Shown here one piece after another: positions 63,649 to 64,000 of a DNA stretch of 64,000 nt. Under the pieces are notes generated by a model. It was not told where the DNA came from. It did no database searches and saw only the letters and a list, made by a program, of their open reading frames with translations. Numbering within the stretch: the stretch's first letter is position 1; the number at the start of each line of letters is the position of its first letter. Source of the DNA: Mobula hypostoma (taxonomy: Eukaryota); the NCBI RefSeq assembly GCF_963921235.1, contig NC_086097.1, positions 215,948,001-216,012,000 on the forward strand, written 5' to 3'. Made by a program: the position numbers and the translations under genes.

Positions 63649-64000
63649 GAATCAGAATCAGGGTTACTATCACCGACATGTCACAGAGTTTGTTACTTTG
63701 CAGCAGCAGTGCAGTGCAAGATGCAAAAACTGCTATAAGTTACAGAATAAATAAATAATGCAAAAGCTGAATAACAAGTTGGTGTTCAATGTCAGTTCAG
63801 ATATTTGATGGCAAAGGGGAAGAAGCTGCACCTGAAACATTGAGAGTGGATGCTGAGGCTCCTGTGCCCGCTCCATGATGGTACTAATGTAAAGAGGCCA
63901 CGCTCTGGATGGTGAGGATCCTTCAGACGGATGTCGCCTTCTGGAGGCACTGCCTCTTGCTGATGTCCTCGATGGAGGGAATGGTTGTACCTGTGGACAA
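63649..64000 (-). mobile_element. Rex1/Babar-like LINE 3' end (runs off the window)
   Basis: agaatcagaatcagg tail; ggggaagaagctg...ctcctgtgcccgctccatgatgg. Confidence 0.8.

Noticed and set aside
1..64000. CRISPR arrays, rRNA, bona fide tRNA genes, and mir-124 (near this locus in mammals)
   Set aside because: No regularly spaced repeats or rRNA-like sequence. tRNA-like boxes occur only in SINE heads. The mir-124 mature sequence was not seen (taaggcac at ~29801 lies within a CR1).

Overview
This is eukaryotic vertebrate DNA. The repeat content (CR1/HER1-like LINEs, V-SINE/HE1-like SINEs, abundant Penelope-like elements) points to a cartilaginous fish, probably a ray; this is an inference. The only host coding sequence found is three GT-AG-bounded, phase-compatible exons of a CYP7B1-like cytochrome P450 on the minus strand (16358-16225, 10318-9725, 8333-8127), equivalent to exons 2-4. 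No first exon and no ExxR/heme-binding exons were found, so the rest of the window is probably intronic. The introns are packed with decayed CR1 and Rex1/Babar-like LINEs, SINEs, Penelope-like elements (PLEs) with hammerhead-ribozyme motifs, two Charlie/Buster-type hAT elements and a Tc1 remnant. Highlights: (i) a young Neptune-type PLE with ~240-bp inverted pseudo-LTR arms and two intact minimal hammerhead motifs, inserted with a 14-bp TSD into the TATA box of an older Penelope-type PLE; (ii) several PLE fragments whose breakpoints fall at the hammerhead cleavage site; (iii) a hAT-in-hAT composite whose inner element appears to have moved using a cryptic terminus, plus a related chimeric element; (iv) repeat-free, CpG-retaining intronic blocks that may be conserved enhancers. 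Repeat boundaries are by eye and approximate unless a TSD or TIR is quoted. No new host gene system beyond the P450 could be supported.
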